Counted from the first letter of the stretch, positions 1 to 9,341 are shown. The stretch is DNA of 57,617 nucleotides from an uncultured Candidatus Saccharibacteria bacterium (GCA_964469605.1 CAYXZA010000005.1:1-57617); one strand, 5' to 3'. Numbers and translations: made by a program. Notes: a model not told the origin generated them from the sequence alone.

Positions 1-47
1 ACGAAGTTCGAATGTATTTTGAATTGAATCCTGACGACCAATGATGC

Positions 48-261
48 GCGCCTCGTCTGCTCCCTTCGGTCGCTGGAGCAAAAACCAAAAATTTTCCTTC
101 CTTTCTTTTAGATTTTCGGCGGGGGGTGTGGGGGGAGCCGACAAAAAATGGAAAGGAAATTTTTGGTTTTGATTCACCGCTTCAGTCTCCGAAAAGAGCA
201 GTATTTGTATTTTAGCACTTTTGGTTGCTCTTTTCTCTGCCTTTGCGGCGAGACGAGGCGC
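48..261. ncRNA. Candidate structured RNA/DNA element: closing helix enclosing three hairpins (cloverleaf-like topology)
   Basis: gcgcctcgtct (48-58) is the exact reverse complement of agacgaggcgc (251-261). Inside: gctcc/ggagc hairpin (59-79); a ~90-nt imperfect hairpin (81-94 pairs 157-170, 100-105 pairs 151-156, 116-120 pairs 137-141, G-rich apical loop 121-136); and a 10-bp hairpin gaaaagagca/tgctcttttc (191-200/226-235). No ORF; strand undetermined. Confidence 0.4.
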
Positions 262-322
262 TTCCTCTCCGCGTTTAGTGGTGGTTTGATATTCTGTAAC
301 TTCGGTCACGAATAGTGGTATG

Positions 323-355
323 AAAAAAGGAGCCGTACCCGTGGGGTCGTGCTCC
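323..355 (-). terminator. Intrinsic terminator downstream of CDS 385..846
   Basis: GC-rich hairpin ggagc...gctcc (329-355) followed on the minus strand by a U-run (aaaaaa at 323-328 on the plus strand), about 30 nt after the stop codon. Confidence 0.6.
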
Positions 356-384
356 TTGCTCGTGCGCCTTCCGGCGCAGAGACT

Positions 385-846
385 TTACTTGTACGTCTTT
401 GCGAACGCGTCGGCGTCGATCAGGTAGGGTTCGCCTCCCATGTTCGAGCCGTCTTCGTCGCAGGTGTTGGCGATCATGCAGTCGGCGCCACCGGTCTGCG
501 GCGAACCCCACGAGGCCATGATCTCGATCGGCTTCCCGAACGGATTCACGATGGCTCTGCATGAGCCTTTGGCCTTGTAGACGCCGTCCTCGTTGGTTGC
601 CTCGTAGCAAGCGAAGAACTTCTTCTCGGAGATGATGTACTGCTCGCCGGAAGGGTTCGTCATGATCCAGTCGCCCGCCTGTGCGGTGTTAACCGTCTCC
701 TTCGCGCCGCCTTCGAGAGTCGTGGTGATCTCTTCGCCGACAACTGCTGGGCGAGCCTTCACCTGACCCTGCTTCTTGAACACGGTCGCGTTCGCGAGCG
801 CGCTCATGATTTCAGGTGCCTTGCGGTCGATCTTTTCGAGTGTCAT
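385..846 (-). CDS. Hypothetical protein, GC-rich orphan (153 aa)
   Basis: Complete ORF with SD aggagg 8 nt upstream of the ATG (855-860). Visibly GC-rich versus neighbours. The AGDWIMTNPSGEQYII segment faintly recalls small PGDYG-type domains; no confident family. Confidence 0.75.
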   Translation of the reverse strand: MTLEKIDRKAPEIMSALANATVFKKQGQVKARPAVVGEEITTTLEGGAKETVNTAQAGDWIMTNPSGEQYIISEKKFFACYEATNEDGVYKAKGSCRAIVNPFGKPIEIMASWGSPQTGGADCMIANTCDEDGSNMGGEPYLIDADAFAKTYK

Positions 847-919
847 TGTGTTGTCCTCCTGGTTGAGGTTTGGAATGTGCCGATTTTGAGCCGCATTAGC
901 TCTAATCTATTACCATTCT

Positions 920-948
920 AGAATATCTAGTATTATCTGTTCTGTCAA
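920..948 (-). promoter_or_regulatory. Putative sigma70-type promoter for CDS 385..846
   Basis: Minus strand reads TTGACA (948-943), 17-nt spacer, TATTCT (925-920). Confidence 0.4.
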
Positions 949-962
949 GAGCAAAAAGCCGG

Positions 963-1685
963 CTATTTATTAAGGTTTTTCTCCTCTTTTGGGCTATGTG
1001 AGACAATGAATTTTGCTCGCTCATATAACTCATCGTAAGTAAGAATTTCAATATTACGTGAATCTCTACGAAATAACTCAAAAGTCCGGAGTTTAATCTG
1101 TTTTATTTTCTCCGTTCCGCCGAATTGACTATCCGAGCCGATTATCAAAATACTTTTTGGATCAAGCGTTTTTTGCTGTATAAGTTCGCCTTCGTCACTA
1201 AAATTATTATTTGCATTAACTTCGCCTTTAATCTGCCAGCTCGCTTTTTGTTCCAAAATTTGTGACAAGGACTCAATCAACTCATCAGATAATTTCCAAC
1301 TGTTCGCTCGATTTTTACTATTTTCAAATAAAGGAGTACTTGGTTTTTTAATTTCAACTAACACAGTAAATTTATTACACTCCAAGAGTGAATCGCTGAT
1401 AGCCCCATCTCTCCCAGCTATATCTGCGGTTCCGACATGAGCTTCATTTTGTAAAATTCCTAGAAATCGATAATCAAGGCCGTAACCAAAAATCCATTCA
1501 TTGTTTTTGAAAAAGTGTTGCCACACTTTTTCCGGTTTGGTGTCCTTAATATTGTTTTCCGATCGGTATTTTTCGAGATAGTTACTTTCATGTAGTAACT
1601 TGTTAAAATTTCCAACTGCTTTTTCCGATAGCCAACGTTGATTATGTCTCGCGAAGTGATAATTCCGCTGAGGAATATCGCGAAG
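963..1685 (-). pseudogene. Shedu-like (SduA/DUF4263) PD-(D/E)xK nuclease domain gene, N-terminally truncated
   Basis: Matches my recollection of the DUF4263 layout: WQHFFKNNEWIFGYG, D-x-LLE...VLVEIKKP (D..ExK nuclease motif), LIIGS and ILTYDELYERA. The frame stays open upstream to 1685 with no ATG; the only start candidate is GTG at 1526. The variable N-terminal domain is missing. Confidence 0.6.
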
Positions 1686-1696
1686 CTAAAAGCGCT

Positions 1697-1940
1697 TTGG
1701 TCAGTCAAAAACAGCTTCTCAAAAAGAAATTATCGACTTTTGAGCAAAAAGCGAATAATCGGTTCGAACTTACGGAAAAGTTTTTGAAATACAATATGGA
1801 ATTGGCAAACGACCGAACAAATGAGGAAAATACTCATTTGTTCAAAAAAGTCGGTTCGAACTTTCAAATTAAGGATCGAACCGTACTTTTTGAGCCACGC
1901 GGAGCGTGGAAAATCCTTGCGGGGTTTGGGTTCAACGGGG
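1697..1940 (+). pseudogene. Possible C-terminal remnant of a recombinase/integrase reading toward tRNA-Ser
   Basis: Coiled-coil-like sequence ending in KKVGSNFQIKDRTVLFEPRGAW resembles C-termini of large serine recombinases as I recall them. The frame is open from 1607, there is no catalytic domain, and the ORF runs into the tRNA. Weak call. Confidence 0.3.
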
Positions 1941-2005
1941 ATTCAGCCCATTCCTCGGCGCTTCGCGCCGAGCGCATTTCCGGCGGGAATTTGAATTTCG
2001 ATTTA

Positions 2006-2096
2006 TGGCGGAGGATAGGAGATTCGAACTCCTGAGGGGATTTCTCCCCTACCCGCTTTCCAAGCGAGCGCACTAGACCACTATGCGAATCCTCCG
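2006..2096 (-). tRNA. tRNA-Ser (anticodon GGA), long variable arm, CCA encoded
   Basis: Hand-folded cloverleaf: acceptor CGGAGGA/TCCTCCG, anticodon stem CTCGC/GCGGG with loop TTGGAAA, variable arm GGGGAGAAATCCCC, T-arm GGAGTTCGAATCTCC. Confidence 0.85.
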
Positions 2097-2284
2097 TAAA
2101 ACCCCAAATAACTAATCAATGAACATTTAAAAGAAAGCTGGCTTTCCCTGGTCTTTTACAATCGAATTGGCACTAGAACCACAATGTCGATCCTCCGTAA
2201 AACCCCAAATAACTAATCAATAAACATTTAAAAGAAAGCTGGCTTTCCCTGGTCTTTTACAATCGAATTGGCACTAGAACCACC
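2090..2284. repeat. Tandem direct duplication, 2 x ~94 nt, period 101 nt, starting inside the tRNA-Ser 5' end
   Basis: 2090-2183 and 2191-2284 are identical except one g/a difference. Each copy begins with tcctccg, the first 7 nt of the tRNA acceptor stem on this strand. Confidence 0.9.
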
Positions 2285-2356
2285 AATACAACCCAATATA
2301 ACAAAATCATTATATCAAATACAAATCAAATTATAGAATATTTAAAAAAAACAGCA

Positions 2357-2803
2357 CTAGTGTGCTGGAACTCCATACGACAAAATATATTTAGGTCTTT
2401 CTTCTTGAATAAAGACATTTAAAAAATATTTTCCACTGAAAAGAAAATAATTTTTTCTATTTTTTTCCCAAAATAAAATTTTTCTGAAACCTCTTTTTTT
2501 TCCAACCAATGAAAATATTATCTGCAAATCATATATACCATCTGGACTTATATTCCAAGTCTTTAATTTATCAAAAGATTCTCTGAAATAAACACAATTA
2601 TTTGCCCTGAATTCATCTGTTGTGTCTTCTACAATATTTTTGATTTTTCCATTCCAAACATATATTTTATATTTACAGGACTGACTTAATCCAATTTTTC
2701 TAGCAAAATCTGGATAAGTTATTCTCTCAACCATATCCAAAGATTGACCATAAATATTTACAAATGATAAAAACAAAAGAGTAATTATTCTCTTCATATT
2801 CAT
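2357..2803 (-). CDS. Secreted hypothetical protein (148 aa), TonB-C-like flavour
   Basis: N-terminal signal peptide MKRIITLLFLSFVNIYG. ITYPDFARKIGL and WNISPDGIYDLQIIF are shared with the divergent neighbour. Confidence 0.6.
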   Translation of the reverse strand: MNMKRIITLLFLSFVNIYGQSLDMVERITYPDFARKIGLSQSCKYKIYVWNGKIKNIVEDTTDEFRANNCVYFRESFDKLKTWNISPDGIYDLQIIFSLVGKKRGFRKILFWEKNRKNYFLFSGKYFLNVFIQEERPKYILSYGVPAH

Positions 2804-2902
2804 ACCTTCTTTGATTATATATTTATGTCTTATTTAAAGTCAATTTAAAATTGAAAAATTACATTTGTTTTATTATATAAAATATGGTATAATCCGAAAA
2901 GA

Positions 2903-3400
2903 ATGAGATACTTGCAAAAATTGCTATTATCTTTGTTTTCATTTTTTTATTTTGTAAATTATGTAAATGCTGAAATAGTAACAGAAGCAAATAAAATAGA
3001 ATATCCGGAAATTGCAAGGGAGCAATTGAGAGATAATATTGTCAGATTAACAATGAAAGTGGAAAGTGGAAAAATTGTATCAATATATTTTTATGAACCT
3101 TTTTATCTAGGTTTCAAGGAAGAAGTTGAAAAGAAAATAAAAGATTGGAAATATTCAGAAGATGGAGTGTATAACATATGGGTTGATTTTCGTATAATAA
3201 AGACTCGTTGCAGTTATTTTAAAATAAAGAGAAAAAAGTGGATTTTCTTTACTAAAAATTTCGAAATAGAGAGTTGTGGTGTTGGAAGTAAATTAAATGA
3301 TGGTTATGCTATTTATGAAAAAACAGAAAAATTTATAGATAAAGGGATATTTTTTATCAAAATAGATATTGTAGTAGAAGATCCTAGGGCCCAAAAATAG
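2903..3400 (+). CDS. Secreted hypothetical protein (165 aa), divergent paralog of 2357..2803
   Basis: Signal peptide present. IEYPEIAREQ and WKYSEDGVYNIWVDF parallel the neighbour's motifs. Confidence 0.6.
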   Translation: MRYLQKLLLSLFSFFYFVNYVNAEIVTEANKIEYPEIAREQLRDNIVRLTMKVESGKIVSIYFYEPFYLGFKEEVEKKIKDWKYSEDGVYNIWVDFRIIKTRCSYFKIKRKKWIFFTKNFEIESCGVGSKLNDGYAIYEKTEKFIDKGIFFIKIDIVVEDPRAQK

Positions 3401-3600
3401 GCCTTTTTGTTTTATCTAATTTTTTTTATTTTCAAACGAAGTGAGCGAAATAAGAAAGAATACTTTCTTATTTCCGAGCGTAGTGTAGAAAACAAAATAC
3501 TCCACAGCTTGCTACGGATATAAACCGTGAGCAAAGCGAACACCCTTTGGATCGAGAGCTCTGCCTTGAGGTTTAATACCTTTTATTTTTACCTTTTATT

Positions 3601-4476
3601 TTACCATCTACTAGATGATCCTCCTCCACCAGAAGAGCCACCACCAAAACCGCCAAAACCCCCGCCGGAACTAAAACCTCCACCTCCAAAGCCACCAAAT
3701 CCTCCACCAGAACCACCACCTTTTTTAGATGCTAAAAATCCAGCACGTAAACCTAAGATTATAAATAACAAAGTAACAATACTTGAAGTTAAAATAGCTA
3801 AAGAAAAAAAGATTGATAGTCCTACACCTAAAACACCACCAAAAACTCCCCCAAGCCACCACGACTTTGATCTACCTAAAACAGAAATTACTCTCAAAAA
3901 AATCATAAGAGATAAAAATATATATATTTGAGAATCACCTATCATACCATCTACATATTCAGAATCATTATTATTTTTCCTTTCCACTGATACAGTAGAT
4001 TCTTTCCCTGACAAAATATTTATAACTTCATCTACAGCAAAAGAGGTTCCTTCAAAAAACTTACCCTCTTTAAACTCTGGTATCATAATATCTGTCTGTA
4101 TCTTGTAAGTTAAAAGATCAGGCAAAAAACTTTCCAAACCATAACCTGTTTGAATCCTCATCTCTCTATCCGAAACAGCAATAAGGATCAAAAGTCCATT
4201 ATCTTTACCTTTTTTTCCAATTTTCCATTTATCAAATATGCTCTGTGCAACATTTTCAACAGTATCGCCATCTAGAGATTTTATAGTTACAATAGCTATT
4301 TCATTTCCAGTATTTCTTTCAAATTCAGAAATCTTATTTTCCAAAAGACCTTTTTGATCATCTGAAAAAACGGATGCAAAGTCAGATACAAAAGAAGTCG
4401 GCTTGTCTGAAATAGAAAAAGCAAAGATAAATATAGGTAGGAATAAAACAACTATTAGTGCAAAAAATTTTTGCAT
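3601..4476 (-). CDS. TPM-domain protein (YgcG-like) with TM segment and Gly-rich C-terminal tail
   Basis: Signal/TM N-terminus. FVSDFASVFS...NEIAIVTI...NGLLILIAVSDREMRIQTGYGLE is typical of the TPM/DUF477 domain. C-terminal GGGFGGFGGGG tail. Confidence 0.8.
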   Translation of the reverse strand: MQKFFALIVVLFLPIFIFAFSISDKPTSFVSDFASVFSDDQKGLLENKISEFERNTGNEIAIVTIKSLDGDTVENVAQSIFDKWKIGKKGKDNGLLILIAVSDREMRIQTGYGLESFLPDLLTYKIQTDIMIPEFKEGKFFEGTSFAVDEVINILSGKESTVSVERKNNNDSEYVDGMIGDSQIYIFLSLMIFLRVISVLGRSKSWWLGGVFGGVLGVGLSIFFSLAILTSSIVTLLFIILGLRAGFLASKKGGGSGGGFGGFGGGGFSSGGGFGGFGGGSSGGGGSSSRW

Positions 4477-4484
4477 TTTATTGT

Positions 4485-5066
4485 TTAGTTAGAGAAATCA
4501 ACCTTTGGAACTTCTTTTGCACCATCTGAAACTTCAAAATATGTTTTATCTGAAAATCCAAATATTTTAGCTAATATATTTGACGGAAATCTTTTAACTT
4601 TGACATTAAAATCTTTTACTAAATCATTGTATCTCATTCTTTCAACAGCAACTCTATTTTCTGTTCCTTCAAGTTGAACCATAAGATTGTTATATGAATC
4701 AGATGATTTTAAAGTTGGATAATTTTCTGCTATAACCAAAAGACGAGAAAGTGAAGATTCAAACTGTGAAGCATAAAGTGCTTTGTCATTTACAGTTGAG
4801 GCACCAGAATATCTTGTCCTAGCTTCTGCAATATCACCAAACACTTTTTGTTCTTGACCAGATACACCCTTTACTGTTGCAACAAGATTTGGGATAAGAT
4901 CAAATCTCCTTTGAAGTTGGTTTTCTACTTGTGACCATTGTCCTGAAACCTTCTCGTTTGTGGAAACAAAAGAGTTATAAGAAGAGACCAAGTAGACACC
5001 TAAAACACCAACAACAATCAAAACTATTATCAGTGTTTTGTGTTTTTGAAAAAAAGTTTGTTCCAT
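4485..5066 (-). CDS. lemA: LemA family protein
   Basis: N-terminal TM, then WSQVENQLQRRFDLIPNLV...ENYPTLKS...VAVERMRYN, typical of LemA. Confidence 0.85.
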   Translation of the reverse strand: MEQTFFQKHKTLIIVLIVVGVLGVYLVSSYNSFVSTNEKVSGQWSQVENQLQRRFDLIPNLVATVKGVSGQEQKVFGDIAEARTRYSGASTVNDKALYASQFESSLSRLLVIAENYPTLKSSDSYNNLMVQLEGTENRVAVERMRYNDLVKDFNVKVKRFPSNILAKIFGFSDKTYFEVSDGAKEVPKVDFSN

Positions 5067-5110
5067 ATTTTTAATTATTTTTTATTATTTTAATGATGAT
5101 ATTATAACAC

Positions 5111-5148
5111 AAAAACAAAAAACAAGGTATGCCCTGTTTTTTGTTTTT
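5111..5148. terminator. Hairpin terminator downstream of groEL
   Basis: aaaaacaaaaaacaagg / ccctgttttttgttttt inverted repeat (one mismatch) with A/T runs on both sides. Confidence 0.5.
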
Positions 5149-5169
5149 TAAATTCAGAAGTTTTTAAAT

Positions 5170-6801
5170 TTAGTAAGCCATAGGTGGCATATTATTCTCC
5201 TTCTCTTCTTTCGGTTCATCTGTAATCAAAACTTCTGTTGTCAAAAAGACACCAGCTGCAGATGAAGCATTTATCAGTGCAGTTTTTGTTACTTTTACAG
5301 GATCTATAATACCTTTTGAAAACATATCTGTTACATATTCATCATTTAAAGCATCATAACCACCATTTCCTTTCATAGACAAAACTTTATCTAAGACAAT
5401 AGAACCATCACCTTTTCCACAATTTATAGCAATTTGTCTAAGTGGCATAAGACAAGCATTTAAAATAATGTCATAACCAACAGAAAATTCATTATTTTTT
5501 GCTTTAATTTCTTTTTGTTTTTCTAAAACCCTTGCAGATGCCCTAACTAGTGCAGAACCACCACCCATAACTATACCCTCTGATATAGCTGCCTTTGTTG
5601 CATTAACAGCATCCTCTATTTTAAGTTTAAGATATTTCATTTCTGTTTCAGTGGCAGCTCCCACTCTTATAACAGCAACACCACCAGAAAGTTTTGCGAT
5701 TCTTTCATCAAGTTTTTCTATATCGTATTTAGCAGTAGTATTTTGTCTTTGGGCTTTTATAGAAGCTATTCTTTCCTCTATTGCAGATTTTTTACCTTTA
5801 CCACCAACAAAAACAGTATTGTCTTTTGTTGAAACAACTTTTGAAACTTTTCCAAGAGCTGTTAATTCAAGATTTTCAAATCTTATACCAAGCTCATCTG
5901 AAACAACTGTCCCTCCGCAAACAGTTGCAATATCCAAAAGCATCTCTTTTTTTCTATCACCATAACCCGGAGCTTTTACAGCTAAAACATTAAAACCCCC
6001 TCTTAGCTTGTTTATAACAAAAGTGGTCAAAGCCTCACCATCTACATCTTCTGCAATTATAACCAAATCTTTTTTACCAGTTGTAGCCACTTTTTCAAGC
6101 ACAGGTAAAATATCTTTAATAGCTGATATTTTTTTATCTGTAACTAAAACATAAACATCTTTATATTCAGCTTCCATTCTTTCTGGGTTTGTAACCATAT
6201 AGGGAGATATGTAACCTTTGTCTATTTCAAGTCCTTCAACAACCTCTGATTCAACTCCAAAAGACTGCGACTCTTCGACAGTAACAACACCATCTTTTCC
6301 AACTTTATCAATAGTTTCTGCAATAATAGAACCGAGCTCTTCGGATTCTGCTGAAATAATCGCAACTTGTTTTATTTCTTCTTTTGTCTTGATAGGTTTT
6401 GAAATTTCTTTTAAGGCATTTAGAACATCTTTTGTTGCTGTATCAATACCTTTTTTAAGACCTATAACACCTAGTCCCATATTTAGATGCTTCATACCCT
6501 CAGAGATTATAGCCGAAGTTAAAACAACAGATGTTGTAGTTCCATCTCCAGCAATATCATTTGTCTTTGTTGCAACCTCTTTTACAATTTCAGCTCCCAT
6601 ATTTTCAAACTTATCTTTTAGTGTTATATCTTTTGCAATAGAAACACCGTCGTTTGTAACAGTTGGAGATCCATAACCTTTATCGAGAACAACATTTCTA
6701 CCTTTTGGACCAATAGTTATCTTGACAGCATCACAAACAACATCAACACCTGCTTTTAAAGCATTTCTAGCTTTTTCATTGAAAAGTAATTGTTTTGCCA
6801 T
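5170..6801 (-). CDS. groL: Chaperonin GroEL
   Basis: 543 aa. AKQLLFNEKAR, GPKGRNVV, AGDGTTT and a C-terminal MPPM-like tail. Confidence 0.97.
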   Translation of the reverse strand: MAKQLLFNEKARNALKAGVDVVCDAVKITIGPKGRNVVLDKGYGSPTVTNDGVSIAKDITLKDKFENMGAEIVKEVATKTNDIAGDGTTTSVVLTSAIISEGMKHLNMGLGVIGLKKGIDTATKDVLNALKEISKPIKTKEEIKQVAIISAESEELGSIIAETIDKVGKDGVVTVEESQSFGVESEVVEGLEIDKGYISPYMVTNPERMEAEYKDVYVLVTDKKISAIKDILPVLEKVATTGKKDLVIIAEDVDGEALTTFVINKLRGGFNVLAVKAPGYGDRKKEMLLDIATVCGGTVVSDELGIRFENLELTALGKVSKVVSTKDNTVFVGGKGKKSAIEERIASIKAQRQNTTAKYDIEKLDERIAKLSGGVAVIRVGAATETEMKYLKLKIEDAVNATKAAISEGIVMGGGSALVRASARVLEKQKEIKAKNNEFSVGYDIILNACLMPLRQIAINCGKGDGSIVLDKVLSMKGNGGYDALNDEYVTDMFSKGIIDPVKVTKTALINASSAAGVFLTTEVLITDEPKEEKENNMPPMAY

Positions 6802-6806
6802 ATTTT

Positions 6807-7136
6807 TTATTTGATTATTGCCAATAAATTATCTTCTTTTATAAGATAGTATTCTACACTATCTATTTTTATACTTTCATAACCATATTTTGAAAATGCC
6901 ACTTTATCACCAACCTTTACAGAAAGTGGAACTACTTTTCCATCTACCATTTTAGAAGAAGAAACAGCAACCACAACACCCTGCTCACCATTTTCTTTTT
7001 CTTGATCTGGTAAGATAATACCGAAAGAGTTTTTAGTCTCCAACTGTTCCTTTGTAAAAGGTTTTATTAAAACCCTATCTCCAAGAGGAACAATACTTAC
7101 ATCCTTTTTGATTTGAGAATTGCTATTTTTAGCCAT
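6807..7136 (-). CDS. groS: Co-chaperonin GroES
   Basis: 109 aa immediately upstream of groEL. PLGDRVLIKP and GDKVAFSKYG motifs. Confidence 0.9.
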   Translation of the reverse strand: MAKNSNSQIKKDVSIVPLGDRVLIKPFTKEQLETKNSFGIILPDQEKENGEQGVVVAVSSSKMVDGKVVPLSVKVGDKVAFSKYGYESIKIDSVEYYLIKEDNLLAIIK

Positions 7137-7278
7137 TTTTAAGTAAATTAAAACTTATAATTTATGCCAATTTTAGCTGGCAAAGCTATTATAATTTTAA
7201 ATAGTTAACAAGTCAACTAAAAATAAGAAAAATAAAAGACTTGCTTTTTCTAGGCAATTTGATATTATTATTTCCAAT

Positions 7279-7509
7279 ATGAATTGGTCTGAAATTATTC
7301 CGTATATCCAAATAGTATTATCTGTAATACTTGTAGGATCTATACTTTTACAACAATCAGAGGCGAGTTTGGGAAGTGCTTTTGGAGTAGATGGTTTTTC
7401 TCAAAACAAACACATAAGGAGAGGTGTTGAAAAAGTGATTTTTATTTTTACAATTGCAGTAGCATTGCTTTTTATTGCACTTTCTATATTTGCACTAATA
7501 ATAAAATAA
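7279..7509 (+). CDS. secG: Preprotein translocase subunit SecG
   Basis: 76 aa, two TM segments, ILLQQSEASLGSAFG motif. Confidence 0.8.
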   Translation: MNWSEIIPYIQIVLSVILVGSILLQQSEASLGSAFGVDGFSQNKHIRRGVEKVIFIFTIAVALLFIALSIFALIIK

Positions 7510-7598
7510 ATATCCCTTACCTATACTTACCTATATTAGTTTGATTTGGCCTTAACCCTTTTCAGAAAGTTTTATAAATTATTTATTAAAATAATATC

Positions 7599-9329
7599 GT
7601 GAATAAAGAAAAAATTTACAGCTTATTTAATAAAAGCTGGAATATACCAAAGTCAGATAAAATCAAAGAAGTTATTGATTCTTTTAGATTTGGAGAAAAA
7701 ATAATATTTTTCTCTTTGTGTTTTATATTTATATTTTCAGGATTATCACTTTTATATAAAGTAAATAAAAATTTTTCAATGGAAGTTCCAGCAAAAGGTG
7801 GCGAAGTAGTTGAAGGTATAGTTGGAATACCTAGATTTTTAAATCCAGTTTTAGCAATCACAGATGCAGACAGAGACATAAACAGCTTGGTTTACTCTGG
7901 ACTTTTAAAGTTTGATCAAGATGGCAATCTTGTCCCCGACTTAGCAGAATCATATAAAATATCAGATGATGGAACAGTTTATACTTTTTTCTTGAAATCA
8001 AACATATACTTTCATGACAATAAAAAAGTAACATCTGATGATATAGAATTTACAGTTTCAGAAATAAAAAATCCAAATATTAAAAGTCCAAAAAGGAGTG
8101 GTTGGGAAAATGTTACTGTTGAAAAAATAGATGACAAGACTATTAAATTTATACTAAAAAAACCATATTCACCTTTTATCCTAAACACAACTATTGGAAT
8201 ACTACCAAAACATATATGGAAAAATGTATCTGATGATAGTTTTCTTTTTAGCAATTTTAACTTAAAACCAGTCGGATCTGGCCCATACAAAATAGATACT
8301 TTAACAGAAAACGATTCAGGATTACCATTAGAATATTCACTGACTCCATTTAAAAAATATGTTTTTAAAGAAGCTTTTATACAAAAAATTACTCTGAAAT
8401 TTTATCAAAATGAACAAAAACTAATTGAGGCATTTAAAAATGGAGAAGTTAAAAACATAAACAGTATTTCACCTGAAATCGTAAAAAAATTGGATTTAAA
8501 AGATTATAGTTTACACACAAGCACATTACCTAGAATCTTTGGAGTATTTTTCAACCAAAACAATAATGCAATATTTGTCCATAAAGAAGTTAGAGAGGCT
8601 TTGAGTCTTGCAACACCGAGAGACCAAATAGTTTCTGAAATACTTCAAGGATACGGAAGTTCAATATATGGGCCACTTCCAAAAGATACAGAAAATATTA
8701 TTGAATACAACCAAGAAAAAGCCAGATCTCTTTTAGAGAAAAATGGCTGGAAGATGAACGAGTTTGGAATATATGAAAAGAAGAACGAAAAAGGTCTTTT
8801 GGAGAAATTGAACTTTACAATATCAACAAGTGATGCACCTGAACTGAAAAATACTGCTTATATAATCCAAAATAGTTGGCAAAAAATGGGAGCAAATGTA
8901 GAAGTTAAAATATTTGAAATAGGAGATCTAAATCAAAATATAATAAGACCAAGAAAATACGATGCTCTTTTGTTTGGTAAAATAATAGGAAAAGATATGG
9001 ATCTATTCCCTTTCTGGCATTCATCTGAGAGAAACGATCCTGGATTAAATGTCTCTATGTATGCAAATGTTAAAGTGGATAAAATATTAGAAGACATAAG
9101 AAAAACTTACCAAAAGGATGATATGGACAAACTATTAAAACAGTTTGAAGAAGAAATAAACAAAGACACTCCGGCAGTATTTGTGTATTCACCCCAGTTT
9201 ATATACATTCAAGATAAAAATTTAAAAAATGTTAGTTTATCAAATATAACCATACCAGCAGATAGATTTCAAAATGTAGACAAATGGTATAAAGATACAA
9301 ACAATATTTGGAAAATATTTAATAGATAA
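7599..9329 (+). CDS. ABC transporter substrate-binding protein (family 5, peptide/nickel type)
   Basis: 576 aa, N-terminal TM anchor. LNPVLA..D..I..LVYSGLLKFD and GSGPYK are typical of SBP_bac_5. Confidence 0.75.
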   Translation: MNKEKIYSLFNKSWNIPKSDKIKEVIDSFRFGEKIIFFSLCFIFIFSGLSLLYKVNKNFSMEVPAKGGEVVEGIVGIPRFLNPVLAITDADRDINSLVYSGLLKFDQDGNLVPDLAESYKISDDGTVYTFFLKSNIYFHDNKKVTSDDIEFTVSEIKNPNIKSPKRSGWENVTVEKIDDKTIKFILKKPYSPFILNTTIGILPKHIWKNVSDDSFLFSNFNLKPVGSGPYKIDTLTENDSGLPLEYSLTPFKKYVFKEAFIQKITLKFYQNEQKLIEAFKNGEVKNINSISPEIVKKLDLKDYSLHTSTLPRIFGVFFNQNNNAIFVHKEVREALSLATPRDQIVSEILQGYGSSIYGPLPKDTENIIEYNQEKARSLLEKNGWKMNEFGIYEKKNEKGLLEKLNFTISTSDAPELKNTAYIIQNSWQKMGANVEVKIFEIGDLNQNIIRPRKYDALLFGKIIGKDMDLFPFWHSSERNDPGLNVSMYANVKVDKILEDIRKTYQKDDMDKLLKQFEEEINKDTPAVFVYSPQFIYIQDKNLKNVSLSNITIPADRFQNVDKWYKDTNNIWKIFNR

Positions 9330-9341
9330 TTAAAAAATAAA

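Noticed and set aside
48-261. Calling the left-edge structure a retron msr-msd outright
   Set aside because: No reverse transcriptase is visible because the window ends, the strand is undetermined, and no conserved branching-G context could be verified. It is kept only as one hypothesis in the findings.
1460-1708. 82-aa minus-strand ORF overlapping the Shedu upstream region
   Set aside because: A different frame (contiguous with 963..1526) gives a plausible Shedu-like continuation. This frame's translation has no recognisable features.
3527-3931. 134-aa proline-rich ORF (PPPPEEPPPKPPKPP...) on the plus strand
   Set aside because: It is the antisense reading of the Gly-rich (GGN codon) C-terminal tail and TM region of the TPM-domain gene at 3601..4476. 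It has no SD and is a composition artefact.
5651-6676. Several 70-152 aa plus-strand ORFs inside groEL
   Set aside because: They are antisense to an unambiguous GroEL gene, with low-complexity Ser/Thr/Phe-rich translations typical of shadow ORFs.
7137-7278. Possible CIRCE (HrcA) operator upstream of groES (ttagctggcaaagcta)
   Set aside because: It does not match the TTAGCACTC-N9-GAGTGCTAA consensus in either half-site spacing or sequence.
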